Assembly (NCBI GenBank): GCA_963658035.1
Contig: CAVKOL010000002.1
Span: 1-48,367 of the forward strand
Direction: 5' to 3'
Length of the DNA: 48,367 nt
Origin: Bacteroidaceae bacterium
GTDB taxonomy: Bacteria; Actinomycetota; Coriobacteriia; Coriobacteriales; Atopobiaceae
How positions within the stretch are numbered: the first letter of the stretch is position 1; each line of letters begins with the position of its first letter. The notes under the pieces are model-generated. The model saw nothing but the letters and a program-made list of their open reading frames with translations. It had not been told where the DNA came from and searched no databases. Positions 1 through 7,510 of this stretch are shown here, one piece after another. Both the position numbers and the translations under genes were made by a program.

Positions 1-10
1 GGAGAACAAC

Positions 11-301
11 ATGCAGGTCAAGGCTTATCTTCAGGTCATCATGACCATCAACCCCCAGAACCGCCCCGCCGCGGCCGAGGTCTACAACACCTACCGCCAG
101 CCCTTCCTGGACGAGGTCGAGGGCGCCCTCACCAAGGAGTGCCTGATCCGCGACGAGGACGTCCAGGTGATCCACGGCTTCGACTCGATGGAGCACGCCA
201 AGGCCTATCTCCAGACCCCGCTCTTCACCGAGAAGGTCGCCCCCGGCCTGCAGCCCACCTGGGCCGCCGACCCCGACATCCGCTTCTACGAGGTTCTTTA
301 G
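11..301 (+). CDS. Small hypothetical protein (possibly ABM-like dimeric alpha/beta-barrel fold)
   Basis: 96-aa ORF, GGAG RBS at 1-4, strongly GC3-biased codons; 'HGFDSMEHAKAY' resembles ABM/DUF1330-like barrels (inference). Confidence 0.8.
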   Translation: MQVKAYLQVIMTINPQNRPAAAEVYNTYRQPFLDEVEGALTKECLIRDEDVQVIHGFDSMEHAKAYLQTPLFTEKVAPGLQPTWAADPDIRFYEVL

Positions 302-721
302 TTGTCGGGCATTCGCCTCACATGCGAGAAGAGCTTCTCGGCCCAGCAGGTCGAGGAGCTCTTTTTGTCTGTGGGATGGGTCTCTGGGCAGTACCCGCAG
401 CGGCTGCACCGCGCGCTTATGGGGTCGTCGCTGGTGATCAGCGCCTGGGACGGCGAGCGGCTGGTTGGCCTGGTGCGCGCGCTGGACGACGGCGAGCTTA
501 CCGCGTACGTGCACTACGTTTTGGTTGACCCGGCCTATCACGGCCAGGGGATCGCCAGCCGAATGATTGAGGCGGTCAAGGAGCACTACCGCGACTACCT
601 CTACATCGAGGTCATGCCCGAGGAGAGCAAAAACGCCGCCTTCTACCAGCGCTTTGGTTTCAAGGTGATGGAAGACGGCGTGGCGATGCAGATCGTCAAC
701 GCGCAAACGGCTCGGTATTAG
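302..721 (+). CDS. GNAT family N-acetyltransferase
   Basis: Acetyl-CoA motif 'VLVDPAYHGQGIAS' and C-terminal 'AAFYQRFGF'; TTG start directly after the upstream stop. Confidence 0.9.
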   Translation: MSGIRLTCEKSFSAQQVEELFLSVGWVSGQYPQRLHRALMGSSLVISAWDGERLVGLVRALDDGELTAYVHYVLVDPAYHGQGIASRMIEAVKEHYRDYLYIEVMPEESKNAAFYQRFGFKVMEDGVAMQIVNAQTARY

Positions 722-754
722 CGGAGCGGGCGCCGCACCGAGGCGCCTACCTAT

Positions 755-812
755 AATCCCCTGCATTCCATGCCATTTTTGCCCCCAAATCTGGCATGAA
801 ATGCAGGGGATT
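755..812. repeat. 21-bp inverted repeat hairpin between convergent genes (possible bidirectional terminator)
   Basis: AATCCCCTGCATTCCATGCCA (755-775) pairs with TGGCATGAAATGCAGGGGATT (792-812), 1 mismatch. Confidence 0.75.
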
Positions 813-836
813 TTGGTGTGGCTTCCGGCGGGTAAC

Positions 837-1106
837 CTAACGCGCGGCTCGGAACGGAATCAAGCCGTATATCACGACGGTGTCGGCTTCTTCGTCGTAC
901 TCGTAAATCAGGTCGAACGGCTTGACGATGACCTTAAGGACACCAGTGCCAAACTGCTCTTTTATCGAAGCGGGCACGGCGGAGGACCCAATACGGGGAA
1001 AAGACTCGATAGAACGCAGGGCATTCGCAAGGTCGTCCTGAACACGGGGAGAATAGACGTACGATGCATCGTCGAGAAAACCCTCGGTATAAATCATCCT
1101 AGCCAC
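837..1106 (-). CDS. Type II toxin, RelE/ParE family
   Basis: About 89 aa with 'SIESFPRIG...KVIVKPFDLIYEYDEEADTVVIYG' RelE/ParE pattern; GTG at 1106 overlaps the antitoxin stop (alternative ATG at 1097). Confidence 0.85.
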   Translation of the reverse strand: MARMIYTEGFLDDASYVYSPRVQDDLANALRSIESFPRIGSSAVPASIKEQFGTGVLKVIVKPFDLIYEYDEEADTVVIYGLIPFRAAR

Positions 1107-1389
1107 GGGCGGCTCTTCTCTGCTCGATGGCCACCAACGCGGCGTCCGTGCCCTCAACGAAGCGGCCCGACGCATAATCGGCACGGCCGCGCTCGATGAT
1201 CGCACGCATGCGCTCCTCATAAGCCGCTTGCTCGGCAGTCTCGCGCAGTTTTTCTTCGAACAGTGCCTCGGAGCAAAACACAAAGGCGCCGTTGCCATTC
1301 TCGGTGATGTGAACGACCTCGTTGAGCGCGGCGTCCTTGATTTCGCGCTGCTTTGTTTTGAGGGCGGCGGATGAATAGATTGCGGTCAT
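1099..1389 (-). CDS. Type II antitoxin, Phd/YefM family
   Basis: N-terminus 'IYSSAALKTKQREIKDAALNEVVHITENGNGAFVF' fits Phd/YefM; AAGGAG RBS; directly upstream of the toxin. Confidence 0.85.
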   Translation of the reverse strand: MTAIYSSAALKTKQREIKDAALNEVVHITENGNGAFVFCSEALFEEKLRETAEQAAYEERMRAIIERGRADYASGRFVEGTDAALVAIEQRRAARG

Positions 1390-1418
1390 GGCGACTCCTT
1401 GTGACGCGCGAATTGATG

Positions 1419-1454
1419 ATTATAGAGTACCTGATTGAGTACTCTATTTGGTAC
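1419..1454 (-). promoter_or_regulatory. TA promoter -10 (TATAAT) overlapped by a palindromic operator
   Basis: TATAAT on minus strand at 1419-1424; ATAGAGTAC-N8-GTACTCTAT at 1422-1447; GTAC cores at 1427, 1439 and 1451. Confidence 0.75.
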
Positions 1455-1484
1455 TGATTTAGGTTCGATTCGCATGATGGTACG

Positions 1485-1520
1485 AAAAAGCCCGGTGCCG
1501 CGGAGTGCGGGGCCGGGCTT
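1485..1520 (-). terminator. Intrinsic terminator of the ABC operon
   Basis: Minus strand AAGCCCGG...CCGGGCTTTTT hairpin plus U-tract just downstream of the ATPase stop. Confidence 0.7.
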
Positions 1521-1563
1521 GGTTGGTTCGGGCAGGCGCGGGACGCCGGGCAAAGCCGGGCCG

Positions 1564-2367
1564 CTAACCCAACAGCATGCGGTCGTTGGCAAACTGCTCG
1601 CCGCTGGCCTCCTCGAACTTGTGCAGCAGGTCGGCGACGGTGAGGGCCTTCTTCTCCTCGCCCTCGACGTCATAGATGATGTGACCGTCGGCCATCATGA
1701 TCAGGCGGTTGCCCAGGCTGATCGCGTCGCTCATGTTGTGCGTGACCATAAGGGCCGTGAGCTTGCGCTCGGTGACGATCTTCTCGGTAAGCTCAAGCAC
1801 CTTGGCGGCCGTCTTGGGGTCCAAGGCGGCGGTATGCTCATCAAGAAGCAGCAGCTTGGGGTCGGTCAGCGTGGCCATAAGCAGCGTCAACGCCTGGCGC
1901 TGGCCGCCAGAGAGCAGGCCCACCTTGGCGTTCATGCGGGTCTCCAGACCCAGGCCCAAGGTGGCGAGAAGCTCAGGGTACTCGGCCTTCTCTTCCTTGG
2001 TGATGCCCCAGGCCAGGCCGCGCTTCTTGCCGCGGCGCTTTGCGAGGGCCAGGTTCTCGGCGATCTGCAGGTCGGCCGCGGTGCCGCGCATGGGGTCCTG
2101 GAACACGCGGCCCAGGTACTTGGCGCGCTGCGACTCGCTCATGCGCGATATGTCGACGCCGTCCAGCTCAATCACGCCGCAATCCAGCGGGTAAACGCCC
2201 GCGATCATGTTGAGCAGCGTGGACTTGCCGGCGCCGTTGCCGCCAATCACGGTGACAAAGTCGCCGTCGTTCAAGGTGAGGTCGACGCCCGCCAAGGCGC
2301 GCTTCTCGGTGACGGTACCGGGGTTGAAGGTCTTCTTCACATGCGAGATCTTAAGCATGCTACTCAT
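1564..2367 (-). CDS. ABC transporter ATP-binding protein
   Basis: Walker A GGNGAGKST, signature LSGGQ, Walker B LLLLDEH, H-loop VTH. Confidence 0.95.
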   Translation of the reverse strand: MSSMLKISHVKKTFNPGTVTEKRALAGVDLTLNDGDFVTVIGGNGAGKSTLLNMIAGVYPLDCGVIELDGVDISRMSESQRAKYLGRVFQDPMRGTAADLQIAENLALAKRRGKKRGLAWGITKEEKAEYPELLATLGLGLETRMNAKVGLLSGGQRQALTLLMATLTDPKLLLLDEHTAALDPKTAAKVLELTEKIVTERKLTALMVTHNMSDAISLGNRLIMMADGHIIYDVEGEEKKALTVADLLHKFEEASGEQFANDRMLLG

Positions 2368-3274
2368 CCCCCTTCGTGTAGGACGCGCGCAGGCGGTGCT
2401 TCTCGATCACGACCGGGACGCACAGGGCCAGCGCCACGATGATGGCCGAGAGGAGCTTCATGTCGTTGGCGTCCATGCCCAGCTGCAAGACGATGGCGCG
2501 AATCAAAAAGTAAACGATCGAGCCAATGACGGCGGCAACCAGGCGTGCTCCAAACTTGGTAAGGCCGCCGGGCAGCAGACGGCCCAGCACCTCACCGATG
2601 ACGATGGCGGCCAGGCCAATGACGATGGCACCCGTGCCCATGCCAATGTCGGCGTACTTCTGGCTCTGGCAAATGAGGCCGCCCGAGAGGCCCACCAGCG
2701 CGTTGGACAAAATAAGAGCGATCATCTTGGTGGCGTTGGTGTTTTGTCCCAGCGCGCGGATCATGTGCTCGTTGTTGCCGGTGGCGCGAAGGGCGGTGCC
2801 GATCTCGGTGCCAAAGAACCAGTACAGGGCCCAAATCACCAGGACGGCCAGGATGGCTCCGATGATGGTGACCACGGTGCTCTGCGGCAGGCCCGTGAGG
2901 TCGGCCACCTTAGAGAAGATCGTGTCGTTGGCCAAAAGCGGCGTGTTGGACTTGCCCATGATGCGCAGGTTGATGGACCACAGGCTGATCTGGGTCAGGA
3001 TGCCGGCGAGAATGGCCGGAATCTCGAAGACCGTGGTGAGAATGCCCGTGACGGCGCCCGCCACGCCTCCGGCCAGCATGCCGCAGACGGTGGCCAGCGC
3101 CGGGTCGACGCCAAAGTTGACCACCAGGACGGCCACCGTGGCGCCGCCCAGGGCAAAGGACCCGTCAACCGTCATGTCGGGGATGTCCAGCAGGCGGAAG
3201 GTGATAAAGACGCCCAGGACGAGAAGACCCCAGAGGATGCCCTGGGACACGGCGCCTTGAAGTGCGATGAGCAT
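2360..3274 (-). CDS. ABC transporter permease (BPD_transp_2 type)
   Basis: Multi-TM protein with 'PDMTVDGSFALGG' and 'ALRATGNN'; overlaps the ATPase start. Confidence 0.92.
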   Translation of the reverse strand: MLIALQGAVSQGILWGLLVLGVFITFRLLDIPDMTVDGSFALGGATVAVLVVNFGVDPALATVCGMLAGGVAGAVTGILTTVFEIPAILAGILTQISLWSINLRIMGKSNTPLLANDTIFSKVADLTGLPQSTVVTIIGAILAVLVIWALYWFFGTEIGTALRATGNNEHMIRALGQNTNATKMIALILSNALVGLSGGLICQSQKYADIGMGTGAIVIGLAAIVIGEVLGRLLPGGLTKFGARLVAAVIGSIVYFLIRAIVLQLGMDANDMKLLSAIIVALALCVPVVIEKHRLRASYTKGDE

Positions 3275-3360
3275 GTGCGCTCCTTCTTACTAGGAAGCGG
3301 GCATGCGCAGCCCGGCTAAGGGTCGCATGCCCGCAAAACAGGTCGTTTACCTGCGCGGAT

Positions 3361-4386
3361 TTAAGCGTCCAGAGCAGAGAGGTCGACGCCGATGGCCTCG
3401 GCCATCTCGTCGTTCTTCACCACGACAAGCTCGTCGGTCGAGAGGTGCTCGATGGGCATGTCGGCGGGCTTGGACTCGCCCTTCAAGATCTTGACGGCCA
3501 TCTCGCCGGCAAGTTTGCCCAGGTCCTTGTAGTTGATCGAGAGGGTAAAGAGGCCGCCTGCCTCGCACATGCCCTCCTCGCCGGTGATAAACGGGAGCTT
3601 GTTCTCTTTGCAAATCTGACCAACCTGCGCGGCGCCCGCGGCGATGGTGTTGTCGGTGGGCGCGTAGAGGGCGTCGACCTTGCCCACGGCCGACTCGACG
3701 ACGGACTGGATCTCGTTGGAGCTAGAGACCGCGTACTCCTCGTAGGAGATGCCGATGGCGTCGAGCTCCTCCTTGGCGGTAGCGATCTGGATGTCGGAGT
3801 TGGACTCGGCCGAGCAGTACAGCAGGCCGACCTTCTTCACGTCGGGCAGGACCTTCTGCATCATCTGGAGCTGCTCGGCAACGGGGGTGAGGTCAGAGGA
3901 GCCGGTGACGTTGGTGCCGGGCTTGTCGTTGTCCTTGACCAGGCCAGACGCAGCGTAATCGGTGATGGCAGAGCCCACGATGGGGATGTCGGAGGTCGCA
4001 GCGGCGGCTGCCTGGGCGGCCGGGGTCGCGATGGCAAAAATCAGGTCGACGCCGTCGCCCACGAACTTGGACGCGATGGTCTGGCAGGCGGACTGGTCGT
4101 TCTGCGCGTTTTGCTGGTCGATCGAAACCGAGAGGCCCGATGCCTCGACGGCCTCGACAAAGCCCTCGTTGGCGGCGTCGAGGGCGGCGTGCTCGGTAAG
4201 CTGGACGACGCCGATCTTGTAGGACGCGGAGCCCGAGCCGCTGCTGGAGCTGGAGCTGGAGCCGCTGGTGCTGGAGCTAGAGCCGCTGGTGCTGGAACTG
4301 CTGGAGCTAGACCCGCAGCCGGCAAGAACGGCAGACGCGGCGGCCAGGCCACTGATGGCGGCGAAGTTCCTTCTGGTGATGTTCAT
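3361..4386 (-). CDS. ABC transporter substrate-binding lipoprotein (ABC_sub_bind family, TrpX-like aromatic amino acid binders)
   Basis: Start MNITRRNF with AGGAAGGGG RBS; lipobox LAGC; Ser-rich linker; motifs 'EHAALD', 'IATPAAQA', 'NVTGSSD', 'PTDNTIA'. Confidence 0.92.
   Translation of the reverse strand: MNITRRNFAAISGLAAASAVLAGCGSSSSSSSTSGSSSSTSGSSSSSSSGSGSASYKIGVVQLTEHAALDAANEGFVEAVEASGLSVSIDQQNAQNDQSACQTIASKFVGDGVDLIFAIATPAAQAAAAATSDIPIVGSAITDYAASGLVKDNDKPGTNVTGSSDLTPVAEQLQMMQKVLPDVKKVGLLYCSAESNSDIQIATAKEELDAIGISYEEYAVSSSNEIQSVVESAVGKVDALYAPTDNTIAAGAAQVGQICKENKLPFITGEEGMCEAGGLFTLSINYKDLGKLAGEMAVKILKGESKPADMPIEHLSTDELVVVKNDEMAEAIGVDLSALDA
4243..4311. repeat. Tandem repeats encoding the Ser/Gly/Thr linker (SSSSTSG units)
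   Basis: Repeated GCTGGA and GAGCCGCTGGTGCTGGA units inside the SBP gene. Confidence 0.7.
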
Positions 4387-4458
4387 ATTTCTCCCCTTCC
4401 TGTGGGTAATACGCCTCTTTTGCGCGGAAATTCTAACCCGCTGCAGCTTTAAGCGTCC

Positions 4459-4488
4459 AAAACGCCCCAGATCAGAAACACTGGGGCG
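4459..4488 (-). terminator. Intrinsic terminator downstream of the small CxxC ORF and upstream of the ABC promoter
   Basis: Minus strand CGCCCCAG-loop-CTGGGGCG-TTTT; a TAGAAT -10 candidate follows at 4430-4435. Confidence 0.65.
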
Positions 4489-4602
4489 CATGATTTAACA
4501 CAGGAAATTAGAAGAGATGGCGAGAAGACCGTGCGGCAGCTACCAGTCGCCGCCAATCGACGAGGAGCCATCGAGGTCCCTCAAGAAACGGTGCGCGCCT
4601 AC

Positions 4603-4797
4603 TTACCAGCCAGAACCAACGCTGTAGCCGTGGCTATCTTTCTTGTAGAAGCGGTGATTGCAATGCTTGCAACGAAAATACTTGGGTTCAGAATTGCGGG
4701 CGTCATACTCAAGATCGCTCCTGTCGCAGTTGGGGCAGTAAAAGTAGCGCACTTTCCCCTGTTTGCTGGCAAGAAACTGATTTTCTTCTCGGTGCAT
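4603..4797 (-). CDS. Small putative zinc-ribbon protein (CxxC-x18-CxxC)
   Basis: 64 aa with 'CPNC' and 'CKHC'; fills an otherwise empty gap and is followed by a terminator; weak RBS and lower GC. Confidence 0.55.
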   Translation of the reverse strand: MHREENQFLASKQGKVRYFYCPNCDRSDLEYDARNSEPKYFRCKHCNHRFYKKDSHGYSVGSGW

Positions 4798-4928
4798 GAC
4801 CTGCCGCCTGCCGAGAAAAAACGTCCCTTACCGAGCAGGGTGCGGGCGACTGCGCGAGGGGCGGGAATACTCCCTGGTGATTGTGTGAAAAGCGAGGGGC
4901 TTTTCACTCCACCCGCCAGCGAGAGGAC

Positions 4929-6026
4929 ATGAGCATGGCACGCGTTTTCATTAGCCCCAGCAAGTACCTTCAGGGTCCCGGCGAGCTTGACCGCCTGGGC
5001 GAGTACACCAAGGTCTACGGTAACAAAGCCCTGGTCATCATATCTGCGGGCGGCCTCAAGCGCTTTGGCGAGCGCGTGGACGCGAGCTTTGCCGCCGCGG
5101 GCGCCGAGCTGGTCTACGACAACTTCAACGGCGAGTGCTCTCAGGCCGAGATCGACCGCCTGGTGGCCGTGCTTAAGAACTGCGGCGCAGACGTCGTCGT
5201 GGGCCTGGGCGGCGGTAAGATCTTTGATACTGCAAAGGCCGTTGCTGCAGCCGTTGACCTGCCCGTGGTTATCGTTCCCACCATCGCCGCGACCGACGCG
5301 CCCTGCTCGGCCCTCTCGGTTATCTACACCGACGACGGCCAGTTCAAGGAGTATCAGTTCTTTAAGCAAAACCCCAACCTGGTGCTTATGGACACCGAGG
5401 TCATCGCCAAGTCGCCCGTGCGCCTGACGGTATCTGGCATGGGCGATGCGCTGGCCACGTACTTTGAGGCCCGCGCCTGCACGCGCTCCGACGCCGGGAC
5501 CTGTGCCGGCGGCAAGGTGACCGGCGCCGCGATGGCCCTGGCCCGCCTGTGCTACGACACCCTCATGAGCGACGGCGTCAAGGCCAAGCTGGCGCTTGAG
5601 GCCGGGGCCTGCACCGAGTCTGTCGAGAAGGTCATCGAGGCAAACACCCTGCTCTCGGGCCTGGGCTTCGAGTCGGCGGGCCTGGCCGGCGCCCACGCGA
5701 TTCACAACGGCATGACCGCCATGGAAGAGACCCACGCCTACTACCACGGCGAGAAGGTCGCCTTTGGCACCCTGACCCAGCTGGTTTTGGAGAACGCGCC
5801 GGAGCTCTACGAGGTCCTGGACTTCTGCGTCGAAGTGGGCCTGCCCGTCACGTTTGCGCAGCTGGGCGTCGAGGACGCCAGCTACGAGCGCGTGCTTGAG
5901 GTCGCCAAGCTGGCTTGCTCGGACGCCGACACACTGCACAACATGCCGTTTGAGGTCACGCCCGAGAAGGTCGCCGCGGCTATGCTGGCCGCCGACGCCT
6001 ACGGGCGCGCGGCGCTGGAGGAGTAG
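4929..6026 (+). CDS. gldA: Glycerol dehydrogenase
   Basis: 'SPSKYLQG', 'GLGGGKIFDTAK', 'PTIAATDAPCSALSVIY', 'GLAGAHAIHNG', 'HGEKVAFG'; GAGAGG RBS. Confidence 0.93.
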   Translation: MSMARVFISPSKYLQGPGELDRLGEYTKVYGNKALVIISAGGLKRFGERVDASFAAAGAELVYDNFNGECSQAEIDRLVAVLKNCGADVVVGLGGGKIFDTAKAVAAAVDLPVVIVPTIAATDAPCSALSVIYTDDGQFKEYQFFKQNPNLVLMDTEVIAKSPVRLTVSGMGDALATYFEARACTRSDAGTCAGGKVTGAAMALARLCYDTLMSDGVKAKLALEAGACTESVEKVIEANTLLSGLGFESAGLAGAHAIHNGMTAMEETHAYYHGEKVAFGTLTQLVLENAPELYEVLDFCVEVGLPVTFAQLGVEDASYERVLEVAKLACSDADTLHNMPFEVTPEKVAAAMLAADAYGRAALEE

Positions 6027-6089
6027 CGCCGGGCGGCGGCCCCGCGTCCGCGGCGGGCTTCTCGCCACCTGCTCCAGCAGCAGCCCCAG

Positions 6090-7325
6090 CTAATCTTCGG
6101 TTCCCCCCAAGTCCCCCAGGCCAAGCAGGCGATCTGCTTCCTGGGGGTCTTCCATTGCCGTAACGTCCTTGAGCTTGCGATTGATCACGTTGGTGCGGGT
6201 CGTGATGATGTTGCTCACGGTGCCGCGGGCGGTGTCGAGCTGCTTCAAGGCGCGCTCGAGCTCGGCCTGGTAGCGGGGGAACTCGGCCTTGACTGCGGCC
6301 AGGACCTGGGCGATCTCGTCGGCGCGGCGCTGGAGGGCCAGGGTCTGGTAGCTCATCTGCAAGCTGTTGAGAAGTGCGGCCATCGTGGAGGGACCAGCGA
6401 CGTTGACGTGGTAGTCGCGCTGCAAGCATTCCAGCAGGCCGGGATGGTCGACGACCTCGGCGTAGAGGCCCTCAAACGGCAAAAACATGATGGCGAAGTT
6501 GGTGGTCTGCGGCACGCTGATGTACTTCTCGCAAATGTCCTTGGCTTCGGCCTTGATGCGGGTTTCCAGCACCTTGCGGGCGGCGTCGACCGCGTCCTTC
6601 TCGCCGGATTCTTGGGCATCGCGCAGCTGGTCGTAGGCATCGCCGGGGAACTTGGCGTCGATGGGCAGGTAGATGGTGCCGTCCTCGACCGGGATCTTGA
6701 CAGCAAACTCAACGCGGTCGTTGCTGCCGGGTTTGGTGGCAACATTTTGGTCGTACTGGTCGCGGGTGAGGATGTCGCCCAGGATGGCGGCCAGCTGCAC
6801 CTCGCCCAGGATACCGCGGGTCTTGACGTTGGACAGCACGCGCTTTAGGCCGCCGACGTCCTGGGCCACGGCCTGCATCTCGCCCAGGCCTTTGTAGACG
6901 GCCTCGAGCTGCTCGTTGACCTGCGAAAACGAGCGGGCCAGGCTGTCGTTAAGGGTGCGCGAGAGCTTCTCGTCCACCGTGGCACGCATCTCGGTGAGCT
7001 GGCTGTTGTTGTCCTCGCGGATCTTCTCGAGCTTGGTGTCCACGGTGTCGCGGATGCGGTCGAGCTTGGCCTCGGCGGTGTAGGTGTTTTGCTGCAGAGC
7101 AGCGGCAGTTTCGCGGCGGGAGGCGTCGATCTTGGCCTCGAGGCGCTGGTCGGCCGTGGCCAAGGCGGTGTTCACCGCGTCGAAGTGCGTCTTGTTGAGG
7201 GCGCGGTCCTGGCGCTGGCCCTCTTCCAGGGCGGCCACACGCTTTTGCGAAAGCAGCGCCATTGCGGCCGCTACCAGCGAACACGCCGCCGAGACACCAA
7301 GAAACACCAGAACAACCGCGTCCAT
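6090..7325 (-). CDS. rmuC: DNA recombination protein RmuC
   Basis: N-terminal TM and coiled coil; 'NVKTRGILGEVQL', 'LPIDAKFP', 'FAIMFLPFEGLYAE', 'GPSTMAALLNSLQM'. Confidence 0.92.
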   Translation of the reverse strand: MDAVVLVFLGVSAACSLVAAAMALLSQKRVAALEEGQRQDRALNKTHFDAVNTALATADQRLEAKIDASRRETAAALQQNTYTAEAKLDRIRDTVDTKLEKIREDNNSQLTEMRATVDEKLSRTLNDSLARSFSQVNEQLEAVYKGLGEMQAVAQDVGGLKRVLSNVKTRGILGEVQLAAILGDILTRDQYDQNVATKPGSNDRVEFAVKIPVEDGTIYLPIDAKFPGDAYDQLRDAQESGEKDAVDAARKVLETRIKAEAKDICEKYISVPQTTNFAIMFLPFEGLYAEVVDHPGLLECLQRDYHVNVAGPSTMAALLNSLQMSYQTLALQRRADEIAQVLAAVKAEFPRYQAELERALKQLDTARGTVSNIITTRTNVINRKLKDVTAMEDPQEADRLLGLGDLGGTED

Positions 7326-7436
7326 GCGCGCTCCAATCTGCGAGGTTTGACCCTGCCATTCTAGTGGGTTTGGCCGGGCACTTGGAGGGTTGGCGGGCTT
7401 CATGGAACGAAATCGCAGCCCTGCATCAAAACACAA

Positions 7437-7472
7437 AAACCCGCCGTTCCCTCTACAGAGAACGACGGGTTT
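7437..7472 (-). terminator. Terminator of the GH3 gene
   Basis: AAACCCGCCGTTC...GAACGACGGGTTT hairpin with a minus-strand U-tract. Confidence 0.7.
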
Positions 7473-7510
7473 ACGAGTATCTAAGGGCGATCGAAGGCCC
7501 GAGCTACCCC

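Noticed and set aside
4387..4600. T-box leader upstream of the amino-acid ABC transporter
   Set aside because: No GGTGGNACCGCG T-box consensus; the hairpin lies upstream of a likely promoter and fits a terminator for the preceding ORF
4599..6068. Other long opposite-strand ORFs (4599-6068, 16653-18374, 18492-20033, 14415-15923, 43796-45160 and similar)
   Set aside because: They overlap well-supported genes on the other strand and lack motifs; typical high-GC shadow ORFs
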